From Macrostomum lignano (Eukaryota), in the NCBI GenBank assembly GCA_002269645.1, contig NIVC01000040.1:744001-808000 (forward strand): 64,000 nucleotides of DNA, in the 5' to 3' direction. Position 1 is the first letter of the stretch. Every line of letters begins with the position of its first letter. This document shows, one piece after another, positions 1 through 11,000 of this stretch. The translations under genes and the position numbers were made by a program. Below the pieces are notes generated by a model that did no database searches, was not told the DNA's origin, and saw only the letters and a program-made list of their open reading frames with translations.

Positions 1-198
1 TTCATCAGGGATTGGACCATGGTTATGAGTCCGACTGTGTGTGGCAGTCTCACCACTCAGCATAACCTTGGCGTAGCAGTCTTCATTACGACATGTAAAA
101 TAGTGCTTCTCGTTCAGTGTTCTTTTGCACCTGTATGCATGCTGGTCTATTAGGAGAAGCCTTGAGCCCGTACGGCCTTCAACAAATTCAAATGGCAT
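1..198 (-). CDS. 5' part of an ORF with a FLYWCH/WRKY-GCM1-type zinc finger, probably a MULE/Mutator transposase N-terminus; runs off the window
   Basis: ATG at 198 and an open frame to position 1: MPFEFVEGRTGSRLLLIDQHAYRCKRTLNEKHYFTCRNEDCYAKVMLSGETATHSRTHNHGPIPDE (C-x4-C...HNH). A tcttttcag acceptor lies just upstream. Confidence 0.55.
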   Translation of the reverse strand, partial: MPFEFVEGRTGSRLLLIDQHAYRCKRTLNEKHYFTCRNEDCYAKVMLSGETATHSRTHNHGPIPDE

Positions 199-471
199 TT
201 GTGGTATGGTTTATTTGATGAAGATAGCGTACTGAAAAGAGGAAAATGTTGAAAGGTAGTATCCATTTGATTGCATTGTTCATAAAAATACAACTAAGTG
301 TATGTACAACCATTTTAAATATACCTAAAAATTGATCCTATTACGCCTCTATTACTATTTGTAGATAGAAATCTAAACTATATTATTCTGGTAGAGTAGC
401 TCGCTTAATAAATAGGAATAAAATGAATGAGAGAACAAACATTAACTTGTTTTTATTTACTTTAATTCAAT

Positions 472-511
472 TGCCAATGCATTTCGACCCTTGTAGGTCA
501 TCGTCAGGGCA
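472..511 (-). ncRNA. Minimal type I hammerhead ribozyme (left arm of the Penelope-like element)
   Basis: Minus strand reads tgcc-CTGACGA-t-gacc(tacaag)ggtc-GAAA-tgca-TT-ggca: conserved core, helix I tgcc/ggca, helix II gacc/ggtc, palindromic tetranucleotide helix III. Confidence 0.8.
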
Positions 512-1013
512 GTAATGAAATTGAAAATTCTAATAAACAGTTCAATAAATATACCTGTGATAAGTTGAATACACAATATAAATTATTGTACGTAGTTTTC
601 AATCGACACAAGTTAACACACGGTGCAGTAGCGTACACTCCAAGCTGAAACACGCTGAGTTGGCGGCTGGCACCCCCCATAACTAGCTGGCAGTTGAGGC
701 TCGGGTTCTGATCTTTGATGTACATAGCCTCTAAGATATTCAAAGTGTGCTCATGGCGACAAGAATCGATAATCTTAAATAAATCAATCGGTTTGCTGTT
801 ACAGCATGAGTTGCATGTGAGAGGTGCTCCTGTACAGCAGATCTTTCTTTTGGTCCAGTGCTCCTTGACCCTGGTGTACAAGTGTCGCTTAGTTTTTCCG
901 ATGTACGAAATACTCTGGTCGCCAGAGCAATGAAATTTATAAACGACACCTGCATTGAGAGGCCGAAGGACACGGGACTTCAAGTTGCAAACATACTGGG
1001 ACACCTTCTCTGT

Positions 1014-1699
1014 AACAACAACAACAAAATACGCTGTCATGATGGTAAAAGTCAGCGTCACAGGGCGCGCTTCATGGCTTGGGCGCGAACAAAGGCCGCG
1101 CCACCGGCAGTGTCCGGGGCGCCGGCGTCAGCCAGCAGACAGTCGACATAACGCCGAGTTCGCGCTTGACCTCGCCGGTAGGGTGCCTGCAGCGTGAGCA
1201 GCAGCACCTCCTGCACCGGCTGTGGGCAGTACGACTCGGCGCGGATGAGATGGCCTGCGAGCTGGAGTCGCCGACAGCGCAGTAGATCACTTGGACGTGG
1301 CAGGCCAGCGCGGCGATAGAGTGCCGCGTTGGTGACTCGCTCGACGCCGATGTTGAAGGCGGCGCGCAGCAGACCAGCGTGCGCCGCATCGACTTGCTGT
1401 TCGAGTGAGTCCGTCAGCGTCCAGGTCTCGGCGTTGTACAGCAGGACGGTCTCGATTACCGCCTGGAACAGCGCCGCCCTCTGGCGGTCCGGTAGGGCCT
1501 CGGACTGCAGGACTGCCCTCACAGAACGAAAGGCAGCCCAGGCAAGCCCGCGGCGGCGTCGCAGGTCCTCGCGAGCGTCTGGAACCAGACCGCCGAGGTA
1601 GACGAACTGCTGACATCGCGGGAGTTCGGTCGCCTGCCCATCAGCGCCTCGGCAAAATATTGCAGCCTCGATGTCGTCCGGCACGCAGAGCACAACGGT
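1014..1699 (-). mobile_element. 5'-truncated RTE-like non-LTR retrotransposon inserted in the Penelope-like element
   Basis: ORF 1058-1693 resembles RTE RT C-termini (FVYLG, LLYNAETWTLT, LQLAGHLIR). It has a (TTG)n tail and a 9-bp TSD cttctctgt at 1005-1013 and 1700-1708. The uninterrupted site is visible in the inverted arm near 2070-2090. Confidence 0.85.
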
Positions 1700-2396
1700 C
1701 TTCTCTGTGCGGAACGTGATCCTTTGAGCTGAACGTTGAGGCTTTTTTTGAACAGTTTTTCAACTTTCTTCTTAAACTCAATAGAGCATAGGCCAAAAAA
1801 CGGCAACACAATGGCAGGGCTGTTAGTTTCTCTAGCATTATCCTCTTGAGTGCTCTGTTGATTAGTCAGCTTGTTATTTAAAAACTGGTTCGCAATGCGA
1901 GACACATAGTTCCTGGGGTAACCATTCCCAACGAGATGGCCAGTAAGCTGTTCCACCTCATCATGAAACAGTTTCCAGGAGCTACAGATCAGAAAAGCTC
2001 TATGCAGAAAGCGAAGTTGAAAAACTGTTCAAAAAAAGCCTCAACGTTCAGCTTAGGATCACGTTCCGCACAGAGAAGGTGTCCCAGTATGTCTGCAACT
2101 TGAAGTCCCGTGTCCCTCGGCCTCTCAATGCAGGTGTCGTTTATAAGATCAGAACCCGAGCCTCAACTGCATCTTAGAGGCTATGTATATCAAAGATCAG
2201 AACCCGAGCCTCAACTGCCAGCTAGCTATGGGGGGTGCCAGCCGCCAACTCAGCGTGTTTCAGCTTGGAGTGGACGCTACTGCACCGTGTGTTAACTTGT
2301 TTCGATTGAAAACTGCGTACAATAATTTATATTGTGTATTCAACTTATCACAGGTATATTTATTGAACTGTTTATTAGAATTTTCAATTTCATTAC

Positions 2397-2436
2397 TGCC
2401 CTGACGATGACCTACAAGGGTCGAAATGCATTGGCA
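2397..2436 (+). ncRNA. Minimal type I hammerhead ribozyme (right, inverted arm)
   Basis: tgcc-CTGACGA-t-gacc-tacaag-ggtc-GAAA-tgca-TT-ggca; exact reverse complement of 472-511. Confidence 0.8.
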
Positions 2437-2843
2437 ATTGAATTAAAATTAATTCTCTCATTCATTTTAAACTATATTATATGGGGAACTCTGCTAAAAA
2501 ATTGTTGCATTGCTAAGTTGGCAAGACAATCTCAGTTTTGTCTTTTTTTGACATCACTACGACAATTTTTGGTACTAAATGTACAAGTGAAGCTCCTCCA
2601 TTGAAGAAGAATAGGGATAGAACTCCCATTGCCAGAATTCCATTCCCTGAAATTCATCAGCTGAAGAATCCCATGACCAGAATCCATCTTTCAAATCCTC
2701 TCCAAATCCAATATGAATTGGAGGGTCAAATATGGGTCATAAAACTTTCACATGCATGAATGATTTCGAACGATAGAAAGGAGGGGGTTTGGTGCTCGGG
2801 AGAGTGGGGTCGGTGATGGGAATCATTCCAATAATGGGATGAG

Positions 2844-3093
2844 TGTGATGACTTGATATTGTGAGTTTGTATTTGCGGTTTTGGGGTTGGCCTGCGCTGG
2901 GGGGTTGGGGCCATGGTTGGGGCACACTTACATTTGCCTATGTCTTTATTGATTGAAATGTACGCGTGTACTTTGTGCGTGACTAATATCAATATATGAG
3001 TATATTATCTCAACGACTGCGTTATATCGACTAATTTTGGCTTTTGAGCCCTCGTGAGTTTGTTTCGCCCGCCAAATAGTTGACTCAGTTAAA
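2844..3093 (+). repeat. 5' LTR
   Basis: Starts TGTGATGACTTG; direct repeat of 6245-6455. Confidence 0.8.
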
Positions 3094-3106
3094 GTGGCGA
3101 AGAGGA

Positions 3107-5900
3107 ATGAGTCTTATTGGCTCAATAGCGCCCTTTCAAGAGGGCACTGAGACCTGGCAGCAGTACCAGGAGCGCTTAGAGCAGTTTTTTGCTCCAAATG
3201 AAATCAGCAATGAAAAGAGACGAGCCGTGCTGCTGAGCATCTGTGGCAGGGACACCTACCAGCTGATATCAAACCTGCTGTCACCGGCTCTGTCGAAGGA
3301 CACGACCTACGACGCCATCTGTGCTAAGCTGAAGGAGCATTTTGATCCAACCCCACCAGAGATTGTACGGCGATTCAGGTTTTACAGCAGAAGCCGTCAG
3401 GCAGGCGAGTCGGTGGCAGAGTTCCTGGCTGAGCTGCGCAAGCTAGCTCGGGACTGCAATTTCGGCGTTGGCCTCAGCAGCATGCTCAGGGACCGGCTGG
3501 TCCTGGGGATTAGTGATGATTCCATTCAGCGGAGGCTCTTCAAGAGAAGGAGCTCTCGGTGGACACGGCGCTGTCGCTGGCGCAGGCCCACGAGTCGGCC
3601 GCTCAAGGCAACCTGCTGGTGGCTAAAGGCGCCGGCTTTGTCACGGTGCACGCTCTTCACCATTCTGCCCGGCGAGAGGCGACCAGTGGGTCGCCAGCGA
3701 AGCGTTGCTATCGATGCCTGTCCCAGCGCCACCTGGCTGCCAAGTGCCCGTTCATCAATAGTAGGTGCTACGCATGCTCGAAAACCGGACATATCGCTGC
3801 TGTGTGCAAGGCAGCGCCGCCTGCTCAACGGGACGAAAGATCGGCTGGGCCTTCGGCGACTGCACCAGAGCGGCCTCCGGTGCGGCCTGAGCAAGTGCAG
3901 TTTATGCAGCAGAGCATCAGCTACCTCGGGCACCGAATCGACGCCGAAGGGCTGCACCTTTCTCAAGGACAAGGTGCGGGCGATCCAGGACGCGCCACCG
4001 CCCCGCGAGCAGACGCAGCTGCGCAGCTTCCTCGGGATGGTAAATTATTACGGCAAGTTCATGCCCAATCTGTAAACTGAACTGGTGCCACTGAACCAGC
4101 TGCTGAACAAAGGCGCCTCCTGGCGATGGGACGCTGTGCAGGACGAAGCGTTTCGCAGGTGCAAGTCGCTACTCAGCCGGGCACCGGTTCCCGCGCATTT
4201 CGACCGTCAGAAGCCGCTGGTGCTCAAGTGCGACGCCTCGCCTTACGGCATCGGCGCCATCATCAGCCACCGGACGGAGTCGCCAAACTGATCACCTTCG
4301 CCTCTCGCACGCTACGTGAAGCAGAGACCCGATACTCACAGCTCGAAAAGGAGGCGCTCGTGATCATCTACGGATTTAAGAAACTCCACATGTACCTGTA
4401 CGGCCGTGACTTCACGCTGGTGAGCGACCACAAGCCGCTGCTCGGGCTGCTGCACCAGTTCAAGCCGATACCAGCACTGGCTTCTGGCAGAATCCAGCGG
4501 TGGGCGCTGCTCCTGGCCGGCTACCAGTACTCCAGCGTCCACCGAGCGGGCAAGTCGCTGCTCCGAGCCGATGCGCTGAGTCGGCTGCCGCTGCCGGAGA
4601 AGCCGAAGGAAGCGCCAACTCCAGCTGAAGTCGTCCTACTCATGGACTTCCTGGACGAGGGACCGGTGACGGCTCGGCACATCCGGGCATGGACTTCTTC
4701 TTCTTCTTCCATTCGGGCGCGCTCGGGCTAGGGCCCATGGCACCGGGCGGCAGACGGCGCCCGCCTTCCCGAGGAAGTTCAACACCGCGACGCAGTTCTC
4801 GAAAACTGCCGCGGGCTCCGGGCTTGGTCCCCAGAGGCGGCAGCGGTGTGGAGTCAGGGCGGGGCAGGAGATCAGCAGATGGGCCGCCGTCTCCTCTCCA
4901 TCGCCACAGAACCGGCAGGTGGGGGCCGCGTCAACGCCGATGGCGGCCTGGAAGCCCCGCAGGGCCGGGGGCTCGGACAGACCCGGACTAGTCCCAAGTT
5001 TTGCGCTTCACCGAGACCGGCTGCTGGCCGGAGCGGCCGCCGCCTGCAGCCGTACTGCACGCGAGCCGACCAGCTGAGCACCCAAGACGGCTGTCTGCTC
5101 TGGGGCTACTGAGTCGCAGTTCCTGAGGCGGGTCGGGAGGCGCTGCTGCACTGCCTGCACCAGGGACACCAGGGCGACACGAGAATGAAGGCGCTGGCTC
5201 AAAGCGTTTTCTGGTGGCCCAAGCTGGACGAGGCGATCGAGCGGCTGGTCGCCGCGTGCACCGAGTGCCAGGCGATGCAGAAGTCGCCAGGTCCGTTTCC
5301 ACTGCAGCCGTGGGCGTGGCCGGACAAGCCCTGGTCGCGCCTGCACATTGACTACGCCGGGCCTGTCCAGGGCCGGATGTTGCTCGTTGTCGTTGACGCT
5401 CACTCCAAGTGGATGGACGTGCATGTGATGCCTTCGACGTCGTCGACTGCGACTATCGAGAAGCTGCGGTCGAGCTTCGCAATTCACGGTTTGCCGGACG
5501 CGATCGTCTCCGACAACGGTCCGAAGCTGGTCAGCGCGGAGATGGAGACATTCCTGAGCAAGAACGGCATCCGGCACGTGCGCATGGCTCCGTACCACCC
5601 GGCGTCCAACGGCCAAGCAGAGCGAGCAGTTCAGACTCTGAAGCGTGCGCTGGCCAAGCAGCGAAGCGGCTCTCTGGAGGAGCGAGTCTCCCGGTTCATC
5701 CTGACGTACCGAGTCACGCCGCATGCGACTACCGGGAGGGCTCCCTGCGAGTTGCTGATGGGCGGAGGCTGAAATCGTTGCTCGACCGAGTCTGCCCTGA
5801 CCTGCCCGCCCGGGTGGCCATACAGCAGGCACTGCAGGAGCAGCACGACCCCACGCACACGACCGTCGCATTAATGTCGGCGACTCGGTGCTGGCGCGAG
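3107..5900 (+). pseudogene. Frameshifted gag-pol remnant lacking the protease and most of the RT
   Basis: Domains are split over ORFs 3080-4075, 3559-4080, 4085-4291, 4126-4731 and 5185-5772, with stops and frameshifts. Confidence 0.85.
4696..4973 (-). mobile_element. 3' fragment of an I-group-type non-LTR element inserted antisense in gypsy pol
   Basis: Minus strand encodes APTCRFCGDGEETAAHLLISCPAL (C-terminal CCHC) followed by a (GAA)n tail. The gypsy pol reading (..HIRAWT | RTDP..SQVLRF) resumes on the other side. Confidence 0.75.
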
Positions 5901-6244
5901 ATTTCGCGAGTGACGGACGCTGGAGGTCAGTTAGCTTCCGACCCAGCCCGCGGTACCAGCGGCAGCGGTGCCGCAGTGCGATGCGCTGCCGAAGGACGCA
6001 CCCGAAGTTTTTGCTGACGGCGCTGCTGCTGAGGCTGCGGCGGAGCCTGACGCCATGCCGCAGCTTCGCTGTTCGATGAGGAAGTGCGCTGCACCTGAGC
6101 GACTGACTTACAGCTGAAGTAAGTGTTGTTGATGAACTCGATTTTAGTACCATTGCTGTTTTGTGTTGCTCGCTTCAATATTTTTATTATTATTCGTAGC
6201 ATAAATTTTTGTTAATCTTATTTTCATACTTAAGTGCGAAGGGA

Positions 6245-6455
6245 TGAGATGACTTGATACTGTGAGTTTGTATTGGAGGTTTTGGGGTTGGCCTGCGCTG
6301 GGGGGTTGGGGCACGCTCATATTTGCATATGTCTTTATCGATTGAAATGTACGCGTGTACTTGTGCGGGACTAATATCAATATATATATAGACTAATTTT
6401 GGCTTTTGAGCCCTCGTGAGTTTGTTTCGCCCGCCAAATAGTTGACTCAGTTAAA
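6245..6455 (+). repeat. 3' LTR (shorter, with indels)
   Basis: Direct repeat of the 5' LTR, preceded by a purine-rich gaaggga tract. Confidence 0.8.
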
Positions 6456-8015
6456 ATGAGTCATCACGGGAGCGCAGAAATCACAGGAAATGAATTGGGA
6501 GGGTGCACAAAAATTAGTGGGGGCCCAGGACGTGCCTGCATCAATGCTTGTGGAGATAAGAATCAAAAACGGGCCTCTCGCTCACGCATAGATGATTTTA
6601 TAGCAATTAGAAAGGGAGGTTGGGGCGTACTTGAAAAAGGAGTGAGGTGGGTGTGAACCCCTAGTAGTGTTGTAGTAGTGTCGACTCTGTGGTAGTAGTA
6701 GTAGTGACGGTCCTTTGGCTCCTGTCTTTTAGTCAGCGCCACATACTACCGCACATGTACGCACCCTATAATCCTAGGCTGGTAATTGATACTACTAGTC
6801 CAAGTCCATTGATACTTTCGGCTATAATTTTATTACATTAATACGTGCATGTACAGTGTAAATACGAGCGTACATGTGTACATGTACACTACTAGTGCAG
6901 GTACGAAAGGTACATGATATGTACATGCAGTAGATTAGAATGCATGTACATACCGGGATTTTAGAATTTGTAGAATGACTGCTGGTTGGACGACGTATCC
7001 ATTATATGCTACCGATCGAGTAACGACGCGATCTGAATCTTAGGTACATCGCGTTTAAATTTCTGCGCTGTATTGATCCTGATGCTCTGACGTATGCAGT
7101 AGACATGTACATGTATTTGATTATTTATGAAAATTGTTTGCAGCATGCAGCCATATAAATGAATTGAATTCTTCACTATTGATCTAATATTCAAAGGTAA
7201 GTCCTCATTGGATGCGAGCTGAATCGTTAAAGATTGGATAAAATTCTTTTCCTACATGTAAAATCAATAGAATGGCAGACAATGTGTTTTTCTTTAAGCT
7301 TTTTTCGCCCTGCAATCAGCAAATGTGTTTTTGGTTCGTCTACTACTGACAAGTAGAAAGTATTGAGTGTTACGATCGTAGAGTGCAAATTAAGCATGCT
7401 TAGCAAAAAAGGAATTGTACATGTACATGTAGCAGCTAAAAAGACACATTTACTGTCTACGAATAACGTCAAGAACCAGCACATACAAAACGCAAAGAGA
7501 GAAGGCCCTCTGTCACTTCAGATAGATCGGATGATATCGAGATCATGATGACGCCATATCCATCCAACCGCCAACCGAGCCGCGTACGTCGCGCTTGGCT
7601 TTATTAAAAATGAGCCTGAACTCTCCGCTGCCACAGGCAAAGATCTGGGGTCATGGATCATAGCCGACCTCAGGGCAAATGAAGAAATTGATTATTCTGT
7701 AAAATTAGTCAAATTTTAAATGGCAGGCAACAGAATTTAAGTTTAAAATTGACTGGTTATAAAAATAATCTAAAAATTTTTAAAAGCAAAAATAAGCATT
7801 TTAATTTTTAAACGCATAATTAGGTTTTTGATGTTCGGGATTTTTGTTTAACTATTTTGTTTGCCTTAGCAACTATTACTAGCATTTAGGGTACGAATTC
7901 AACTCTGAGTTTGCACCATTCTATTTGACAAGATATGTCGAATGCATTTTATACAGGGACTGAATTTCTGAAAGAGTTTCGATACGGCCTGCTTCGGTAA
8001 AATTGTCAGACCGTT

Positions 8016-11000
8016 ATGATGGCGTGCCTTAGTAGAGATGTCCTTAAATGGCTTCAGAGTCTTGATCTATCGTCTCAAATAAAAAACCCAAAGTGGTAAG
8101 GACCGTCTCATTCTTATTTGCTGTCTTGTTGATGAAATACCGTAGTAGTAGTAGTGTAGTAGAGATGATTTCTTCGTGAGATGATTCGATAACACAAGGG
8201 CTTCATTGCATTGATTTAAGCCTAATCCACCCAATATTCACTTTTGTACTGAAGTTTCATATACAAATTCTCGTTTAATATTTTAGGGATTTCGCCAATG
8301 GATATTTGGTCGCTGAGATTCTCTTTTGGTATTTTCCAAGAGAAATATTCATGCATTCATACATCAATGGCAACTCACTAGAATCCAAAGTGAAGAACTG
8401 GACTCTACTAAAGGAGTTTTTTAAAAGGCATCAGTTCTGCCTTCCTGAGAAGCTAATTGAGGGAACATTGCATTGCAAGGAGGATGCGGCCATTTTGCTA
8501 ATAAATCTTCTCTTTGAGATTTTGACGCGCAAAAGGTAATACAAATCTTTACTACTTATTTATTTCAGTATCAACTGAAAAATATTTCCTCATTTCGTAA
8601 GAATAGCAAATTTTTAAGTAGCAATTCTATCCCAATAGTCGATCATCATCATTTGAGAGAAACATTTTTTATAATATAAGCTAAATTACACAAGAATAAA
8701 TATAAAGCAAAGAAAAATAAACTATATACAGTCTTAAGTCTTGTATTAGTTAGCTCTATAAACCTAGAAAACATAAGATTTTTTGCCTAAGGACAATGGT
8801 CTTTTGATTAAAAACTATTCTGAAAAAAATAATGCATTATATAGTAACTACAATCTTTATAATTTAAATATGAATATCATAATATAAATATGGATTTAAT
8901 CTTCATAAATTAACTAAATGTATTTTTTTAATTTTCCATTTCAAAAAAACTTGGCTTAAATTAAAAAATCTGTAAGTATTTAAATCACTGACTAAGTGAC
9001 TATACATGTATATCAGTATAATTTGGTAGCGCAATTTGATGTACGAGTGTATAATTATTTTTAACCACTTCATTTTTATGCATGTGTTTTATCTGATCCC
9101 TCTCATCCTGTTCTTAAGTTTCTGTATGCTTGTCAGTTCTATGTCTGACAAGTACTTGAAGTTAAGTTTATTATCCAACTATGTAAAATTCTGTTTGAAG
9201 GCATTCCAAGATATGATAATTTTGGTTGGTGCTTATTATGAGTGTGTCTTAATAGAAAGTATGAAACAGAATGTGGATTCATCTATAGGATACAGCTTTA
9301 ATTATGGATATTTGATATTTGATAACTGGCTATAGGAGTGAATTATCTATAAAATTTTATTCAAATGACTAAAAGTATAACTTATGCACAGCTGCTCTAT
9401 GCAAATGCATGCATACATGTTGTGAATGCTCACAGTCACATTATTATACTTTTAATATCTAATATAGATAATTAAAATATGTCTTGCACTTTCGTTAAGA
9501 TAGATGGCAGTATAATTATTGGCTGCATGGCGTTCCGGGAGAGATTAGAGTGTCAATATAGACTATAGTACTGACACTATGGGGTGTCAGCAGAGACTAT
9601 GAGGTGTCAGTAGATACTATGGGGTGTCAGTAGATACTATGGGGTGTCAGTAGATACTATGAGATGTCAGCAGAGACTATGAGGTGTCAGTAAAGACTAT
9701 AGGAGGGTGTCAGCAGAGACTTTAAGGTGTCAATAGAGACTATAGGAGGGTGTCAGCAGAGACTATGAGGTGTCAGTAGAGACTATAGGAGGGTGTCAGC
9801 AGAGACTATGAGGTGTCAGTAGAGCCTATGGGTGGTGTCAGTAGAGTCTAATAAGGAGTTAGTAGAGACTGAGGTGTCAGTAGATACTATGGGGTGTCAG
9901 TAAATACTATGGGGTGTCAGTAGATACTCCGGGGTGTCAGCAGAGACTATGAAGTGTCAGTAAAGACTATAGGAGGGTGTCAGCAGAGACTTTGAGGTGT
10001 CAGTAGAGACTATAGGAGAGTGTCAGCAGAGACTATGAGGTGCCAGCAGAGACTTTGAGGTGTCAGTAGAGACTATAGGAGGGTGTCAGCAGAGACTATG
10101 AGGTGTCAGCAGAGACTTGAGGTGTCAGCAGAGACTTAAGGTGTCAGTAGAGACTATGGGTGGTGTCAGTAGAGCCTAATGAGGAGTTAGTAGAGACTGA
10201 GGTGTCAGTAGATACTATGGGGTGTCAGTAAATATTATGGGGTGTCAGTAGATACTCCGGGTGTCAGTAGATACTATAGTACTTTAACAGACCGCCCTCA
10301 ACCCCACTGCCCGCAGCCCCACGGTGTACTGCAGCGGCAACCTGGATGACTCAGACTATCAGCGGTCGCTGGCGCTGCACGCTCGGTCCACCGCGGCCAA
10401 AGCTTTGAAGAATAATTTGAGCGCATCTGAACTGGCAGCTCAACCCGACTTGAACGCGAATAGGCTCAAGGTTGGGAATGGGGCTGACTGACATTTATGA
10501 TTTTCCATCTGACAGAAACATCTACCCTATCTGACAGAAACATCTACCCATCTGACAGAATCCTCTACCCTATCTGACAGAATCCTCTGGCTCTACCCCA
10601 TCTGACAGAATCCTCTACCCCATCTGACAGAATCCTCTACCCCATCTGACAGAATCCTATACCCCATCTGACAGAATCCTCTATCCCATCTGACAGAATC
10701 CTCTACCCTATCTGACAGAATCCTCTACCCCATCTGACAGAATCCTCTACCCTATCTGACAGAATCTTCTACCCCATCTGACAGAATCCTCTACCCCATC
10801 TGACAGAATCCTCTACCCCATCTGACAGAATCCTCTACCCCATCTGACAGAATCCTCTACCCCATCTGACAGAATCCCCTACTCCACTCCGCAGGCGGAG
10901 CTTCTGCTTGATCGCCACGCCGAGACTCGAACCCAGGAGCGTCGCGACCAGCCAACAAGATTTCTTCGCCAAATGTCCCCGGGCGAGCGCTGCCTCCGTC

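Larger units (their letters stand above)
472..2436 (-). mobile_element. 5'-truncated Penelope-like retroelement (GIY-YIG endonuclease) with an inverted partial copy of its 3' end
   Basis: The minus strand encodes the post-RT helix (EVEQLTGHLVGNGYPRNYV, ~1800-1980) and a GIY-YIG motif (VVYKFHC..SYIGKTKRHLYTRVKEH..LEAMYIKDQNPSLN, 504-1000). ~2000-2436 is the reverse complement of this 3' region with an internal deletion. Hammerheads sit at both outer ends. Confidence 0.85.
2844..6455 (+). mobile_element. Decayed, internally deleted Ty3/gypsy LTR retrotransposon
   Basis: LTRs 2844-3093 and 6245-6455. PBS TGGCGAAGAGG at 3095-3105, directly before the gag ATG at 3107. Candidate 5-bp TSD ATGAG at 2839-2843 and 6456-6460. 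Gag, zinc knuckles, RT tail, RNase H (LKCDASPYGIGA) and integrase (WSRLHIDYAGP, IVSDNG, YHPASNGQAER) are recognisable. Confidence 0.9.

Noticed and set aside
1-20. CTGATGA on the minus strand as a possible hammerhead core
   Set aside because: It lies within the zinc-finger ORF and the rest would be outside the window.
5008-6153. 381-aa minus-strand ORF and similar antisense ORFs over TEs and genes
   Set aside because: Shadow frames of GC-rich integrase or coding sequence.
6460-6468. gtcatcac, inverse of the LTR start, as an alternative 3' LTR end
   Set aside because: Absent before the PBS in the 5' LTR; the ATGAG TSD supports an end at 6455.
6740-7430. Frequent tacatgta palindromes
   Set aside because: Scattered through AT-rich non-coding parts of the whole window; looks like background low-complexity bias.
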